Assembly: GCA_963751345.1 (NCBI GenBank)
Contig: CAVVUS010000022.1
Span: 162,970-226,969 of the forward strand
DNA length: 64,000 nucleotides
Reading direction: 5' to 3'
From: an uncultured Chloroflexia bacterium
GTDB lineage: Bacteria > Chloroflexota > Anaerolineae > B4-G1 > SLSP01
Shown here: piece by piece, positions 30,868 through 41,427 of the stretch
Numbering within the stretch: the stretch's first letter is position 1
Layout: each line of letters begins with the position of its first letter
Notes under the pieces: generated by a model
What the model saw: the letters and a program-made list of their open reading frames with translations, nothing else
What the model was told of the DNA's origin: nothing
Databases searched by the model: none
Position numbers and translations under genes: made by a program

Positions 30868-33800
30868 CTACTGGCGACCGGTGACATCCTCAAAGGCCAG
30901 TAGAATACGCCGCGACCCTCCAACCCTCTGTGCCACCTCGCGGGCGTTGAGCAAGATGGAGCGCCGACCGATCTGCTCGAACTCATGATCCACGCGGTAA
31001 TCGTCAATTGAGATGGCCTTGGGCAGAATCTCCTCCAGCAGGCGCCGCAGATCCGGAATATCCCACTGATGGTTGCCCAGAGCATAGACCTTCTGCCCAA
31101 TCGTCTCCTCCGGACGCACGTCGAACAACGCATAGAAGGCCGCGTTGACCGAGACAACCGTCAAGTCGGCATCGAGTACCAGGATGGGTCCCCTCAACGT
31201 TTCCGCGATGGCGCGGGCGTAGTCGTGTGCATCCTGCGTCATCTGGACCTGCTCCTCCAGCCGCGCCTGTACGGCCTTCAATTCTGTGATGTCCACGAAG
31301 GTCAGTACCGCGCCCTCAATCACATTCTGGGTCGTCCGGTAGGGCAAGATGCGCATCAGATACCATCGACCATCCGGAGTGCGGACATCCACCTCTCTCG
31401 GAATCAGGGTATCCAACACGGCGCGGGTGTCCTCAACTAGGTGGACATAGTCCAGATTCGCGACGATGTCGCTCACCGGCCGGCCGACATCGCTCGGGAT
31501 CAAGTTGATTACCTTGGTCGCGGCAGGCGTGAAGCGTTGGATAGTCAGATATTCATCCACGAAAACAGTGCCCACGCCGGTCCCCGCCAGCAGGTTATTC
31601 ATGTCATTGTTGGCACGCGAGTAGGCGGCGATCTTCTGCTGCAACTCGCTGTTCACCGTCGTCAATTCCTGATTGATGGACTGTAGCTCTTCCCTTGAGG
31701 TCACAAGCTCCTCATTGGTACTCTGCAGCTCTTCCATCGACGATTGCAGCTCTTCGTTGGTGGACCGCAGCTCCTCGTTGGACGTCTGAAGCTCCTCAAC
31801 CGTGGCCTGCAGATATCCCTCCTTGGCCCGCAGTTCCTGCTCCAGTGATGCCACGCGCGACGCGCTCGCGTCCGCAACGGTTGAGGCTCGTCGTGACCAT
31901 CGACCAGCGGTACCGCCGGTGCCTCATCAAAAACGACCATGATCAGCTCCTGCGCCAGTTCGGGTTCCGTGAGAAGCTGAACGGTAAGGTTCACAGTTGC
32001 ATAGTCGCCATTCGTCTTGACGCGAAGTGCCGGGCAGTAGACTGGTACTCGCTCTGTGACCACCTTGCGGATCGCGTTGACCAGTTCCAAACGGAGACCT
32101 TCACGCGCCATGGCCGCGATATTCAGGCTTGCCTCACCGGCAGATGGCTCCAGGTAGCGCCCTGTGCGTCCATGGAAGTACACGACCTCTCCGTCTCGAC
32201 TGAGGAAGACGCTCGCGGGTGTATGTTGGGCGAGCAGCACCCGCTCCGCCACGTCTCGAACGCTCGGCTTCTTATCCGGTCTTCCTATCGCCTCTGTCGG
32301 CAAGGACGAAGCACTCCTCAAGGAAGTCGGCAGGCCAAAGGGCGGCTTGGACCAGTAGCGTGCCTCGGTCCCCTTCCGTCGGTAGAGCTTCCACTTCCTG
32401 TCCACCACATCGAAGTGATCCTCGAGGCTTCCGACGCTCTCCGAGCTTCCCAGGAAAAGAAAAGCACCAGGATTCAGTGCGTAGTGAAAGAGCGACACGA
32501 GCTCTTTCTGCAATTCGGGCTCCAGGTAAATGAGCAGATTACGACAGCTGATGAGATCAATGTGAGAAAATGGCGGATCCGCGATCGCGTTCTGAACGGC
32601 GAAGATCACCATGTTGCGGATGGACTCCCGTACACGGTAGCTGTGGTTCTCAGCAACGAAAAAGCTCGCCAGCCGTTCCGGGGTAACATCGACAGCGATA
32701 CTATCAGGATAGACAGCGGCGCGCCCGCGCTCGATTGCCGCAGGAGTCGATGTCGGTCGCAAAGACCTGAGGCGACCCATCGTGGGATAGCATCTCGGCA
32801 CGCTCGTGGACGAGCATCGCGATGGAGTACGCTTCCTCTCCGGTGGCGCAGGCCGGCACCCAGATGCGCAGGGGACGGTCCGGTTGAGCGTCAGCAAGAA
32901 GCGGAACAATGGCCTGCGCCGTCAAAGCTTCGAACGCATCCGGGTCTCGGAAGAAACTTGTGACGCCGATCAGGATCTCCTGGAAGAGCGTGTCTACCTC
33001 TTGAGCGCTCTGCTCCAGATACCGGACGTAGTCCTGCATCCGGAGGATCTGGTGGACCGCCATCCGCCGCTCGATCCGGCGCAGAACGGTGTTCTTCCTG
33101 TAGGCCGAGAAGTCGTGGCCCGTCCGGCCTCGCACCAGCGCGAAAATCCTCCGCAGCGAGCCCATCGCAGCTACTTCGGGAAGTGGGGCTTTAGGAGCAA
33201 GCGTGCCAAACGCGTGATCCACGTAGGCAATAAGCTGGTCGGGCATCTCCCCGGGCGGCAGGATATAGTCTACCATTCCGGTGGCGATGGCACTTCGGGG
33301 CATACCGTCGTGTGCCGCCGAGTCCGGATCTTGAGCCATGGCCATACCGCCCCGCCCTTTGATCTCCCTCAGCCCCAAGGTTCCATCCGTGCCGGTGCCG
33401 GAGAGGATCACGCAGATGGCCTGCTCATGACGGTCCTGAGCCAACGAACGAAAGAAATGATCGATAGGGAGCCTGAGGCCACGCGCATTCGATGGCTCCG
33501 TCAACCGCAGCCGTCCGTCCACGAGAGCCATATCCTTGTTGGGGGGGATGACGTACGCACAGTTGGGCGCCACCTCCAGGCCATCCACGACCTCATAGGT
33601 CTGCCATCTTGGCGTAGCGGGCGACTAGCTCGGTAAGCAGACTCTCGTGAGACGGATCGAGGTGCTGGACCAGGACAAGGGCCATCCCGCTCTAGTGGTC
33701 GCAGGCATACGCGCGAAGAACTCCTCAAACGCGGCGAGCCCCCCAGCGGAAGCACCAATCCCCACGACAGGGAAGGTCGTCGCTCCCTCATCTGCTGACG

Positions 33801-33882
33801 GAGCCGGCTCGGGGACGGCCGATGCAACATCCTCCGGCGGCGGCTGGTCATCCGCCTCGACGCTTGCCTTCTTCTTCACCAT
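30868..33882 (-). CDS. CheB-CheR-PAS fusion protein, several frameshifts
   Basis: GIGASAGG and LSGTGTDG (CheB); VTSFFRD, CATGEEAYS, ISCRNLLIY (CheR); EELQSTNEEL heptads; PAS domains. Confidence 0.9.
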
Positions 33883-33958
33883 GCTGACGCCTCTTTCTGG
33901 TGGCCTACACTGGGGTAGAAAGGAGGGACGGGAAACTGTGTGGGCTCAAGGCATATAC

Positions 33959-33987
33959 ATGGTAGCATCGCGTTCAAATAATGTCAA
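33959..33987 (-). promoter_or_regulatory. Putative sigma70 promoter of cheBR-kinase operon
   Basis: TTGACA-N17-TACCAT with extended TG. Confidence 0.55.
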
Positions 33988-34065
33988 CAGGTGCACAACT
34001 TGGTCCCTCCCGTGCTGTCGACATCGATGGCCCCGATGTAGTTAGCCATACGTCAATCGTCAGAG

Positions 34066-34644
34066 CTAGCTCGGCGTGCCGGCCTCCGGCGCAAGGGGAA
34101 ACGTTGAGAGCAGAAACCAACTTCCCTCGACCCGAACGATCATCCAAATGCTTGAGACGTCAACGCGCAACGGGAGGAGCGGGGATATCTCGCGCAGCAA
34201 ATCCGCTTCGATACGTCCCAACTCGGCCTCGCTCGAAGCGACCGCGACCGTCACGTGAGGCCGTAGTTCTTCGAGGGGGATTTCACCGCCATACGGAGGG
34301 TACTCGGGGAAACTGATCGCCAGCGTGTGGAGGAGTGTCGTCAGCCGATCGTCCGGCTCAGGCTCCAGGTAGAGAACGCGATCTCGCGGGAATCGGTTCA
34401 CCCAGCCGAACTCGAGGGTGAACGAAGGTGTCGCGGCCGCTGCCATTTCCACTCTGCGAGCTCCCGCCGCATTCCACTCATTGTGTCCACAGAAAGGATA
34501 AAGCAGCGTCAGATGCGCGCCCACGCCCATCGCACCATCCGACGTGTACTTGCGCCGGAATGGCGCAATCACACCCTCAATGCTACGCATCGGCAGTATG
34601 AGTGCCGACACCTCAAACGTGCTGCCGCTCTCGGCTCGCTTCAT
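34066..34644 (-). CDS. 2H phosphoesterase (2'-5' RNA ligase family)
   Basis: Two HxT motifs: AHLTL and PHVTV; FPEYPPYGG. Confidence 0.88.
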   Translation of the reverse strand: MKRAESGSTFEVSALILPMRSIEGVIAPFRRKYTSDGAMGVGAHLTLLYPFCGHNEWNAAGARRVEMAAAATPSFTLEFGWVNRFPRDRVLYLEPEPDDRLTTLLHTLAISFPEYPPYGGEIPLEELRPHVTVAVASSEAELGRIEADLLREISPLLPLRVDVSSIWMIVRVEGSWFLLSTFPLAPEAGTPS

Positions 34645-36101
34645 CGTCGATCCAACAGCACATCAGACAGCGCGGCGCCCGCACCCAGACTCTCAAACAG
34701 CTTCAGGTGTTCGGCAAACTCACCCACCTCATAGAGACTGTGGGCGTCGCTGCCGAAAGTGAACTTCAGCCCCATGTCCAGGCAGATCCGCACGAACTCA
34801 GGCGGCGGCTGATTGCTGTGGTAGTTGATCTCCACGGCGACATTGTGATCGCGCAATAGCACTGCCGTCGGATGGAAGAGCCGCTCAGGGGCTGCATAGC
34901 CTGCACTGCGGAAGATCCTGTAGGGATGAGCCAGCACGTCGATATTCTGGGTGACGAGCCGTTCCAGGATCCCCATAAACTCGCGAGCCAGCGCCTCCAG
35001 AGATCGAGCGGAGGGCGCCAGGCTGGGTGCCCGATGGATCACACCACTGATCCGGGTGAAGTGGCGCCGGTCATCAGGTTTCAGGACCAGATTGCCCCGA
35101 AAGTCGGCATCAGTCTCCAGCCCAAAGACGATCTCGCCCGTCTCATAGGTCTGTTTCAGCGCGAGATAGGCATCCATACGGTCGTTCTGTGGCGATGCGC
35201 CCGCGATACCCTCCCGCGCGCAGTCACCACCCCAATACCGGTCAGCCGGGAAGTAGAGTTGCCCTGAGTGCTCGGTAAAACAGAGGCCTGCGAGCCCGAA
35301 GTCCCTGGCCAGGGATATCGCCGATTCGACCGTCATATTGTCACTGCAGTAGGCCAACTGGGTGTGGACGTGGGAGTCTACCAGCCCAAGGTGCTCCGGC
35401 ATCGCAAGCTGGTGACGATCAACCGAGGTATGGCCGCCGTCTATCGTGAGCACCGTAAGGTGAAACGGCCTCTCACAGAGGGCGGGCGCATTGACAAAGG
35501 TCGTCGTCGCGTTTCGGACCGTCTCGGCACCCGCGTGGTGGTGGCCACTTACGGACAGCTCGACCCGGGCTTCAGCCATCGCTGCAACGATCTCATCCGC
35601 GTTCGTGTAGTTGTAGGGGATGTCGGCGAGTCCCGGAGGGGCCAGACAGACGTGCTGCAGTGCCACGATCGGCCCGTCGTAGTCCGCCCGAGCCCGGCGA
35701 AAACGCTCGACATCTGCCTCCGCTCTGCTGGCATTGAAGCCGGGTTCCTCCCTATCGATGAAGGGGAGAAAGCGAAGTCCGCACAGATCGACGATTGGGG
35801 CGGGGCGATCGAAGATCCTGTAGAAGGCCTCGACATCGCCATCGTGGTTGCCCGGTATCGCAATGTAGGGAGATGCAAGCGTGTCCAGGATCTCGCGAAT
35901 CCGCGTCAGGCGCTCTCTCGCCCCCGAAGAGGCGCCGTCATCCACAATATCGCCGAGGACGACGGTGATATCAGGGTGGATCAGGCGATTGAGGCGATGC
36001 ACGGCTCGCCGGACCAGGATGTCGGCGATCTCGCATCGTCGCTGCGGTGTTGAGCAGCTTGGACCAAAGTGAATGTCCGTAAGGACGGCAATCGTGACCA
36101 T
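34641..36101 (-). CDS. Calcineurin-like metallophosphoesterase + PHP domain fusion
   Basis: MPE: TDIHFG, GDIVD, GNHD, GHHH. PHP: DSHVHT, TEHS, AHP, GSDAH. Confidence 0.85.
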   Translation of the reverse strand: MVTIAVLTDIHFGPSCSTPQRRCEIADILVRRAVHRLNRLIHPDITVVLGDIVDDGASSGARERLTRIREILDTLASPYIAIPGNHDGDVEAFYRIFDRPAPIVDLCGLRFLPFIDREEPGFNASRAEADVERFRRARADYDGPIVALQHVCLAPPGLADIPYNYTNADEIVAAMAEARVELSVSGHHHAGAETVRNATTTFVNAPALCERPFHLTVLTIDGGHTSVDRHQLAMPEHLGLVDSHVHTQLAYCSDNMTVESAISLARDFGLAGLCFTEHSGQLYFPADRYWGGDCAREGIAGASPQNDRMDAYLALKQTYETGEIVFGLETDADFRGNLVLKPDDRRHFTRISGVIHRAPSLAPSARSLEALAREFMGILERLVTQNIDVLAHPYRIFRSAGYAAPERLFHPTAVLLRDHNVAVEINYHSNQPPPEFVRICLDMGLKFTFGSDAHSLYEVGEFAEHLKLFESLGAGAALSDVLLDRR

Positions 36102-36235
36102 ACGTGTGTCTTTCCGCACCGTCAGGGCGCTCCACACCTGCTGAGCTTAGACCCTCCGGCGACGTAATCGATAACAGCATAGAGGTCGTCCGGCTCAAGC
36201 GCCGGCGTCCTCACTCGCTGCAAGCCTGGGGTGGG

Positions 36236-37094
36236 CTACATCCTCGGCAGAATGCTCCGCACCAGGCTCGCATACTCCGCGGTGTGGTCGCGTGCCAGGC
36301 CGAGGATATCCTCGTTATCGACACCCGCCTCCGTCACCCCTGCCGCCATGTTCGAGATGAACCCAAAGGCCGCCACGCGCATGCCGAGTTGGCGCGCGGC
36401 TATCACATCCGGAACGGTGGACATACCAACAGCGTGCGCACCGACAACGCGTAGCATGTTGATCTCGGCAGCCGTCTCAAAGGATGGACCCAGCACACAG
36501 CCATAGACCGCGTCGTGGAGGGCGATGCCTTCCGCCGCCGCGATCTCTCTCAGGGCGACGATGTAGTCCGCGTCGTAGGGGTGGCTCATATCGAAGAACG
36601 TCGCCCCCCACTCGCCATTCCGCTCACCGACCAGGGGATTCCGTCCCCGTGAGGTTGATGTGGTTCGTGACGAGGATGAACTCGCCCGGACGGAAGCTGG
36701 GGTCGATGGCACCGACGGTATTGGTGTAGAGCAACTTCCGGCAGCCCATCGCGTAGAAGAGACGCACCGGCAGGGCTACAACCTGCGGGGGGGCGCCGTC
36801 GAGCAGGAAAATCTTGCCTCGCGCACATGCGACGCGCCGCCCGGCGAGGTCACCAATCACAAGCTCCTCGATGTGGCCCACCGTGTTCAGAGGAGGCCAT
36901 AGCGAGAGGTCGCTGTAGGGAATGGTGACAGCATTCTCGATCTCCTCGGCAAAGGCGGCAAATCCGGTCCCGATGATATACCCGATCTCAGGCGGAGGAC
37001 CCGGGCAGCGGGTCAGAACCATCGCGGCCAGCTCTTCAACGTCACGCCGGGTGTAGACGTGACCTTCCAGTTCGTAGGGTGCTTCAGTTAGCAT
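36236..37094 (-). CDS. Purine-nucleoside phosphorylase (trimeric PNP family, divergent), frameshift near 36650
   Basis: HINLTG.NPLVG, FFDMSHPYD, GPSFETAAE, VGMSTVP, SNMAAG. Confidence 0.85.
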
Positions 37095-37692
37095 CATCAT
37101 CTCCCACATAGACTTCGAATTCATCGTAGGGGTCGCCGTTGGCACAACACTTCACCTCGACCACGCGCACGGGCCTCCCCAGAGTTTTCTCCAAAGCGCC
37201 CGCAGCGGTACCCGCCTCGTAGGGACAGATCTTCATGCCGAGGTTGGGCATACCGTAGCAGTCAGCACACTCGTACGTCCGGTAGATGGCGAAGTTCTCC
37301 TCCACCGTGACGATCTCCTGGCGACCATAGTCAAACGCCTCGGCGACGCCGATGGCACTCTCCAGTGCCTCCTTGAGCGTCACACCCTCGCGCCGGGGCG
37401 CATCAAAGGCCATGCCGATCATTCGTCCGATCTGGTACGCGATGGGTACGAGCTCCGGAATCAACCCAAAACTAAAGGTCTGGCGATCCCGCATGTAGAG
37501 AAACTGCATCTTGTTCGGGAAGTTGGGCCGCAGTGCCTCACCACGTTCGTAGCGTGCCAGAAAGTCGTACATCCCGTTGAGGAGCCCGCCCTCACCCAAT
37601 TCAGCTAGCCGCTGCTGCATCTCGGCATAGAGTTCGGGATCGTTCGCCTTGAGTGGAATGGCCAGCTGCTCCCTAAGATCATCAAGCTTCAC
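37084..37692 (-). CDS. Stand-alone V4R domain protein
   Basis: YECADC..KICPYEAG..GAL...VVEVKCCANGDPYDEF; GGAGG RBS plus GTG. Confidence 0.8.
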   Translation of the reverse strand: MKLDDLREQLAIPLKANDPELYAEMQQRLAELGEGGLLNGMYDFLARYERGEALRPNFPNKMQFLYMRDRQTFSFGLIPELVPIAYQIGRMIGMAFDAPRREGVTLKEALESAIGVAEAFDYGRQEIVTVEENFAIYRTYECADCYGMPNLGMKICPYEAGTAAGALEKTLGRPVRVVEVKCCANGDPYDEFEVYVGDDDAN

Positions 37693-37712
37693 AGATGCCT
37701 CCCCGATGCCTT

Positions 37713-38639
37713 CTAGGAACCGCGCTCGTAAATCTCGCCGACGGCTCCGGGCGCCCGAACGCGCTGGACGAACCCCGCGACAATCAGAATGACCAGGACG
37801 TACGGAATCATCTGGATGAACTGCGTCGGGAAGTCCGTAGCTTGCAGGCGGATCTGCAGGGCGCCGAGGAATCCGAAGATCATGCTTCCGCCGAGGGCGC
37901 CCAGTGGATTCCAGTTGCCGAGAATCGTCGCCGCCAGGGCAATGAACCCACGCCCGGCGCTCATGTTGCGGCTGAAGAGGCTGAGATCGCTCAACGAGAT
38001 GTAAGCACCGGCGAGACCGCTCATCGCGCCTCCGATGGCGACCGCCCAATACTTGATAGGCGTGATTTTGATGCCCACCGAGTCGGCGGCCTTGGGGTTC
38101 TCACCGACCACCCGCAGTCTCAGACCTAACGTCGTCCTGAAGATCGCGAACCACGACAGCGCAGCGATAGCCAGCATCAAGTAGACGATGATCGTATGGT
38201 GATTGAGCACCGGACCGATCACGGGGATGCTGTCGAGGAATCCTATGCTGATCTGAGGCAATCCCGTCACGGCGTCCGACTTGCCGCGGTTCCCCCAAAT
38301 CGTCTGAAGGCCGATGGTCGTGAGGCCCAGAGCGAAGATGTTCATACCCACACCAATGACGATCTGATTGGCCCGAAACTTCACGACGAACAGCGCGTGG
38401 AGCAGGCCCAACAACGCACCGGCGCCCACCCCCGCCACCATGCCGACATAGGGGCTGCCCGTGAGGTAGGAGCCCAGCACGGCAGCGAAAGCACCCGTCA
38501 GGATCTGGCCCTCGAGTCCCAGGTTCACGATGCCGGCGCGCTCCGAGAAGACCTCACCAATGGACGAGAGAGCCAGCGGCGTACTGATGCGCAGTGTCGA
38601 CGCGAGCAGGGATATGACGGCATTGATGAAAGCGCTCAT
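37713..38639 (-). CDS. Nucleoside ABC transporter permease
   Basis: SERAGIVNLGLEG, AGRGFIALAA, MIPYVL. Confidence 0.9.
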   Translation of the reverse strand: MSAFINAVISLLASTLRISTPLALSSIGEVFSERAGIVNLGLEGQILTGAFAAVLGSYLTGSPYVGMVAGVGAGALLGLLHALFVVKFRANQIVIGVGMNIFALGLTTIGLQTIWGNRGKSDAVTGLPQISIGFLDSIPVIGPVLNHHTIIVYLMLAIAALSWFAIFRTTLGLRLRVVGENPKAADSVGIKITPIKYWAVAIGGAMSGLAGAYISLSDLSLFSRNMSAGRGFIALAATILGNWNPLGALGGSMIFGFLGALQIRLQATDFPTQFIQMIPYVLVILIVAGFVQRVRAPGAVGEIYERGS

Positions 38640-39775
38640 CGGTGCCCCCGCCTCTCCATAAGAGCTACGAAAATCCGCGGCGATGCGGCGAAGAAGATCA
38701 CCAACCCCTGGATCAGCAGCGCGAAATCACCGGGCAGGCCGGTCGTCCGGTCGAGATAGGCCCCACCGGCGCGCAGGGCGCCGAACAGGACCGCGGTGAG
38801 CGGAATAAGCCAGGGCTGATCGTTTGCCAGGACCGAGACGGCGATACCGTCGTAGCCGAAACCCGGTGAGAAGCCCTGGATGAACCGGCGATGCACCCCC
38901 AGCACCTCGACGCCTCCTCCTAGCCCACCCATCGCCCCGGCCAATGCCATCGCCGCGACGACGATCACCGTCGTCTTGATGCCGCCGGTCTCCGCCGCTC
39001 CGGGATTGTACCCGACTGCCCGCATCTCAAACCCCAGGACGGTTCGCCGGATGATGAACCAGCTGACCGCGACGGCCAACACCCCAATGAGGACGCCGTA
39101 CGACAACTGGCTCCCGTTCATCACCCTGGGCAGTTCGGCGGAGGCCAGGACCTTGTCGGTCTGCGCTACCATACCCTCCGCCTTCCAGGGATAGTTGACC
39201 ATGTAACTCGTCAGGAGGAGGGCGATGTAGTTGAGCATGATGGTGACGATCACCTCGTGGGCGCCGAACTGCGCCTTGATCCACCCCGCCAGCGCGCCCC
39301 AGGCTGCGCCTGTGAGACAGCCGGCGGCGAGGGCTGCCGTGACGTGCAACACCGCGGGAAGACCGAGATTCAGTGTGCCTACCATCGCGGTGCCCAGCGC
39401 ACCCACGACGAGCTGCCCCTCGCCACCGATGTTGAACAGCCCGGCTTTCGCAGCCACAGCCATCGCCAGCCCGGTGAAAATCAGTGGGGTAGCCTTGAGC
39501 AGCGTCTCCGCGATGGCGTAGCGATTGCCGAATGCGCCCTGGATGATCCCACCGTAAGCCTCAACGGGGGAGTATCCGTAGACCAACAGGAAGACCGAGC
39601 CCACACCGACGCTCAAAATCAGCGCGCCGATCGGCGAGACGATCCCCACCCATCGTCGAGCCGACCTGCCACCCAGGTGACGACCGGGGCCGGGGGGGTG
39701 ACGCAGCTGTTTTCCCTCCAGAGCTTCCACGTCAATTGCGTCCATTACACCCCTACCATCGGAACGTCCGGACAT
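38636..39775 (-). CDS. Nucleoside ABC transporter permease
   Basis: GLFNIGGEGQ, HEVIVTIMLNY, GFGYDGIAV. Confidence 0.9.
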   Translation of the reverse strand: MSGRSDGRGVMDAIDVEALEGKQLRHPPGPGRHLGGRSARRWVGIVSPIGALILSVGVGSVFLLVYGYSPVEAYGGIIQGAFGNRYAIAETLLKATPLIFTGLAMAVAAKAGLFNIGGEGQLVVGALGTAMVGTLNLGLPAVLHVTAALAAGCLTGAAWGALAGWIKAQFGAHEVIVTIMLNYIALLLTSYMVNYPWKAEGMVAQTDKVLASAELPRVMNGSQLSYGVLIGVLAVAVSWFIIRRTVLGFEMRAVGYNPGAAETGGIKTTVIVVAAMALAGAMGGLGGGVEVLGVHRRFIQGFSPGFGYDGIAVSVLANDQPWLIPLTAVLFGALRAGGAYLDRTTGLPGDFALLIQGLVIFFAASPRIFVALMERRGHR

Positions 39776-41325
39776 CCGTGCGCCACAATACCTTCGGGAG
39801 TTGCGGCCTGCTCGCCGGCCATATACAGCCCGAGCTCCTCTTCAGAGAAGTCCTCCGTGGCTCTTTCGACCACGATGCGTCCCTGGTAGATGACGCCAAT
39901 ACGATCGCTCAGGCTGCGAACTTCATCAAGGTCGGCCGACAGGAGCAGGATCGCCACTCCCCTCTCACGCATCCCCAGAAGGTGGTTGTGGATGAACTCC
40001 GTCGCCCCGACGTCCACGCCGCGGGTCGGCTGAGAGGCCACGAGCGCTTTCGGATTCGAGCTCAAGACACGAGCGAGGACGGTCTTCTGCTGATTGCCGC
40101 CCGAGAGATGGGAGACGACGGTATCGACGTTGGGCGTCCGGATATCATAGGTGTCAACCAATCGATCGGCGTGCTCGGTGATCCGCGCTTTCTGCAGTAC
40201 GCCCAGACGCGCGAGATCGGAGTCAAAATGATAACCAAGCATCAGGTTCTCGGCGACCGTGAACTGCTCGACCAGCCCGCGCTGCATTCGGTCCTCCGGC
40301 ACGTGCCCCACCCCGGCGCCGAGGAATTGCGCAGGGGTTTTGCCGATCAGCGATTGGCCCTCCAAGAGGACATCTCCGGATTCGAGCTTCCGCAGCCCCG
40401 TGATCGCCTCGATCAACTCCGACTGGCCATTGCCCTCGATACCGGCGATCCCGTAGATCTCTCCCTGCTTGACGTCAAAGCTGACACCGCAGAGCGCCGG
40501 GAGCCCGCGCGCGTCGTTGACGACCAGGTCCCGAACGCTGAGTGTCACGTCACCCGGCTCCCGGTGCGTCTTGGTCACCCGCAGCACGACCTCGCGACCG
40601 ACCATCATCTGGGCCAGTGCCTCGGGCGTCGTCTCGTCCCGCTCGACCGTGCCTACCTTGCGTCCATCGCGCAGGACGGTAACGCGATCGCTGACCGCCA
40701 TCGTCTCCTTGAGCTTGTGCGTGATGAAGATGACGGTCTTGCCGGATTCGCGAAGTGCCTCGATCACTTTGTAGAGCTCCTCCACCTCCGGCGGCGACAG
40801 GACAGCCGTGGGCTCGTCGAGAATCAGGATGTCGGCCTTGCGGTACAGTGCCTTCAGAATCTCAACGCGTTGCCGCACGCCGAGAGGTAGATCCTCGATC
40901 CGCGCGGTTGGATCGACCACCAGTCCATAGCGGTTGGACAGCTCACGGACCCTGCGGATGGCTTCCCTCATCGGAAAGACAAGGCTTGGACCACGTCCGG
41001 CGCGTCGTGGCTCCGCCCCAATCACGACGTTCTCAGCAACACTCAGCGGTTCCACGAGCATGAAGTGCTGGTGGACCATCCCAATCCCGTTGGCGATCGC
41101 GACGGCAGGTGAGGAGACGCGAACGGGCTTGCCGTCGATCAGAATCTCACCTTCGTCCGGATCATACAGGCCAAAGACGACATTCATCAGCGTCGTCTTA
41201 CCGGCGCCGTTCTCACCCAACAGGCAGTGCACCTCGCCACGCCGGAAGGCCAAGTCGATGCCGTCATTGGCCACGACGTCAGGAAAGGTCTTGGTGATCC
41301 CGCGTAGCTCGAGTACAGTATCCAG
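39745..41325 (-). CDS. Nucleoside ABC transporter ATP-binding protein (tandem NBD), probable CTG start
   Basis: LELRGITKTFPDVVAND, GENGAGKTT, MVHQHFML, LSGGNQQK, QPTRGVDVGA. Confidence 0.92.
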   Translation of the reverse strand: MDTVLELRGITKTFPDVVANDGIDLAFRRGEVHCLLGENGAGKTTLMNVVFGLYDPDEGEILIDGKPVRVSSPAVAIANGIGMVHQHFMLVEPLSVAENVVIGAEPRRAGRGPSLVFPMREAIRRVRELSNRYGLVVDPTARIEDLPLGVRQRVEILKALYRKADILILDEPTAVLSPPEVEELYKVIEALRESGKTVIFITHKLKETMAVSDRVTVLRDGRKVGTVERDETTPEALAQMMVGREVVLRVTKTHREPGDVTLSVRDLVVNDARGLPALCGVSFDVKQGEIYGIAGIEGNGQSELIEAITGLRKLESGDVLLEGQSLIGKTPAQFLGAGVGHVPEDRMQRGLVEQFTVAENLMLGYHFDSDLARLGVLQKARITEHADRLVDTYDIRTPNVDTVVSHLSGGNQQKTVLARVLSSNPKALVASQPTRGVDVGATEFIHNHLLGMRERGVAILLLSADLDEVRSLSDRIGVIYQGRIVVERATEDFSEEELGLYMAGEQAATPEGIVAHGCPDVPMVGV

Positions 41326-41377
41326 TTGACCGTCTCTCCACGTACCTCAGAATGACTCGACGGGACGCGATTCCTCG

Positions 41378-41411
41378 TCCAAGGGAGGAGAAGTCGGCCT
41401 CCTCCCTTGGA
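41378..41411. terminator. Intercistronic 13-bp stem-loop after BMP gene
   Basis: TCCAAGGGAGGAG-N8-CTCCTCCCTTGGA, a perfect inverted repeat with no U-tract. Confidence 0.65.
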
Positions 41412-41427
41412 CAACCATCACAGTGGC

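Noticed and set aside
37084-38049. 321-aa version of the V4R ORF
   Set aside because: The N-terminal 119 codons overlap the permease gene in another frame; the RBS supports the GTG at 37692.
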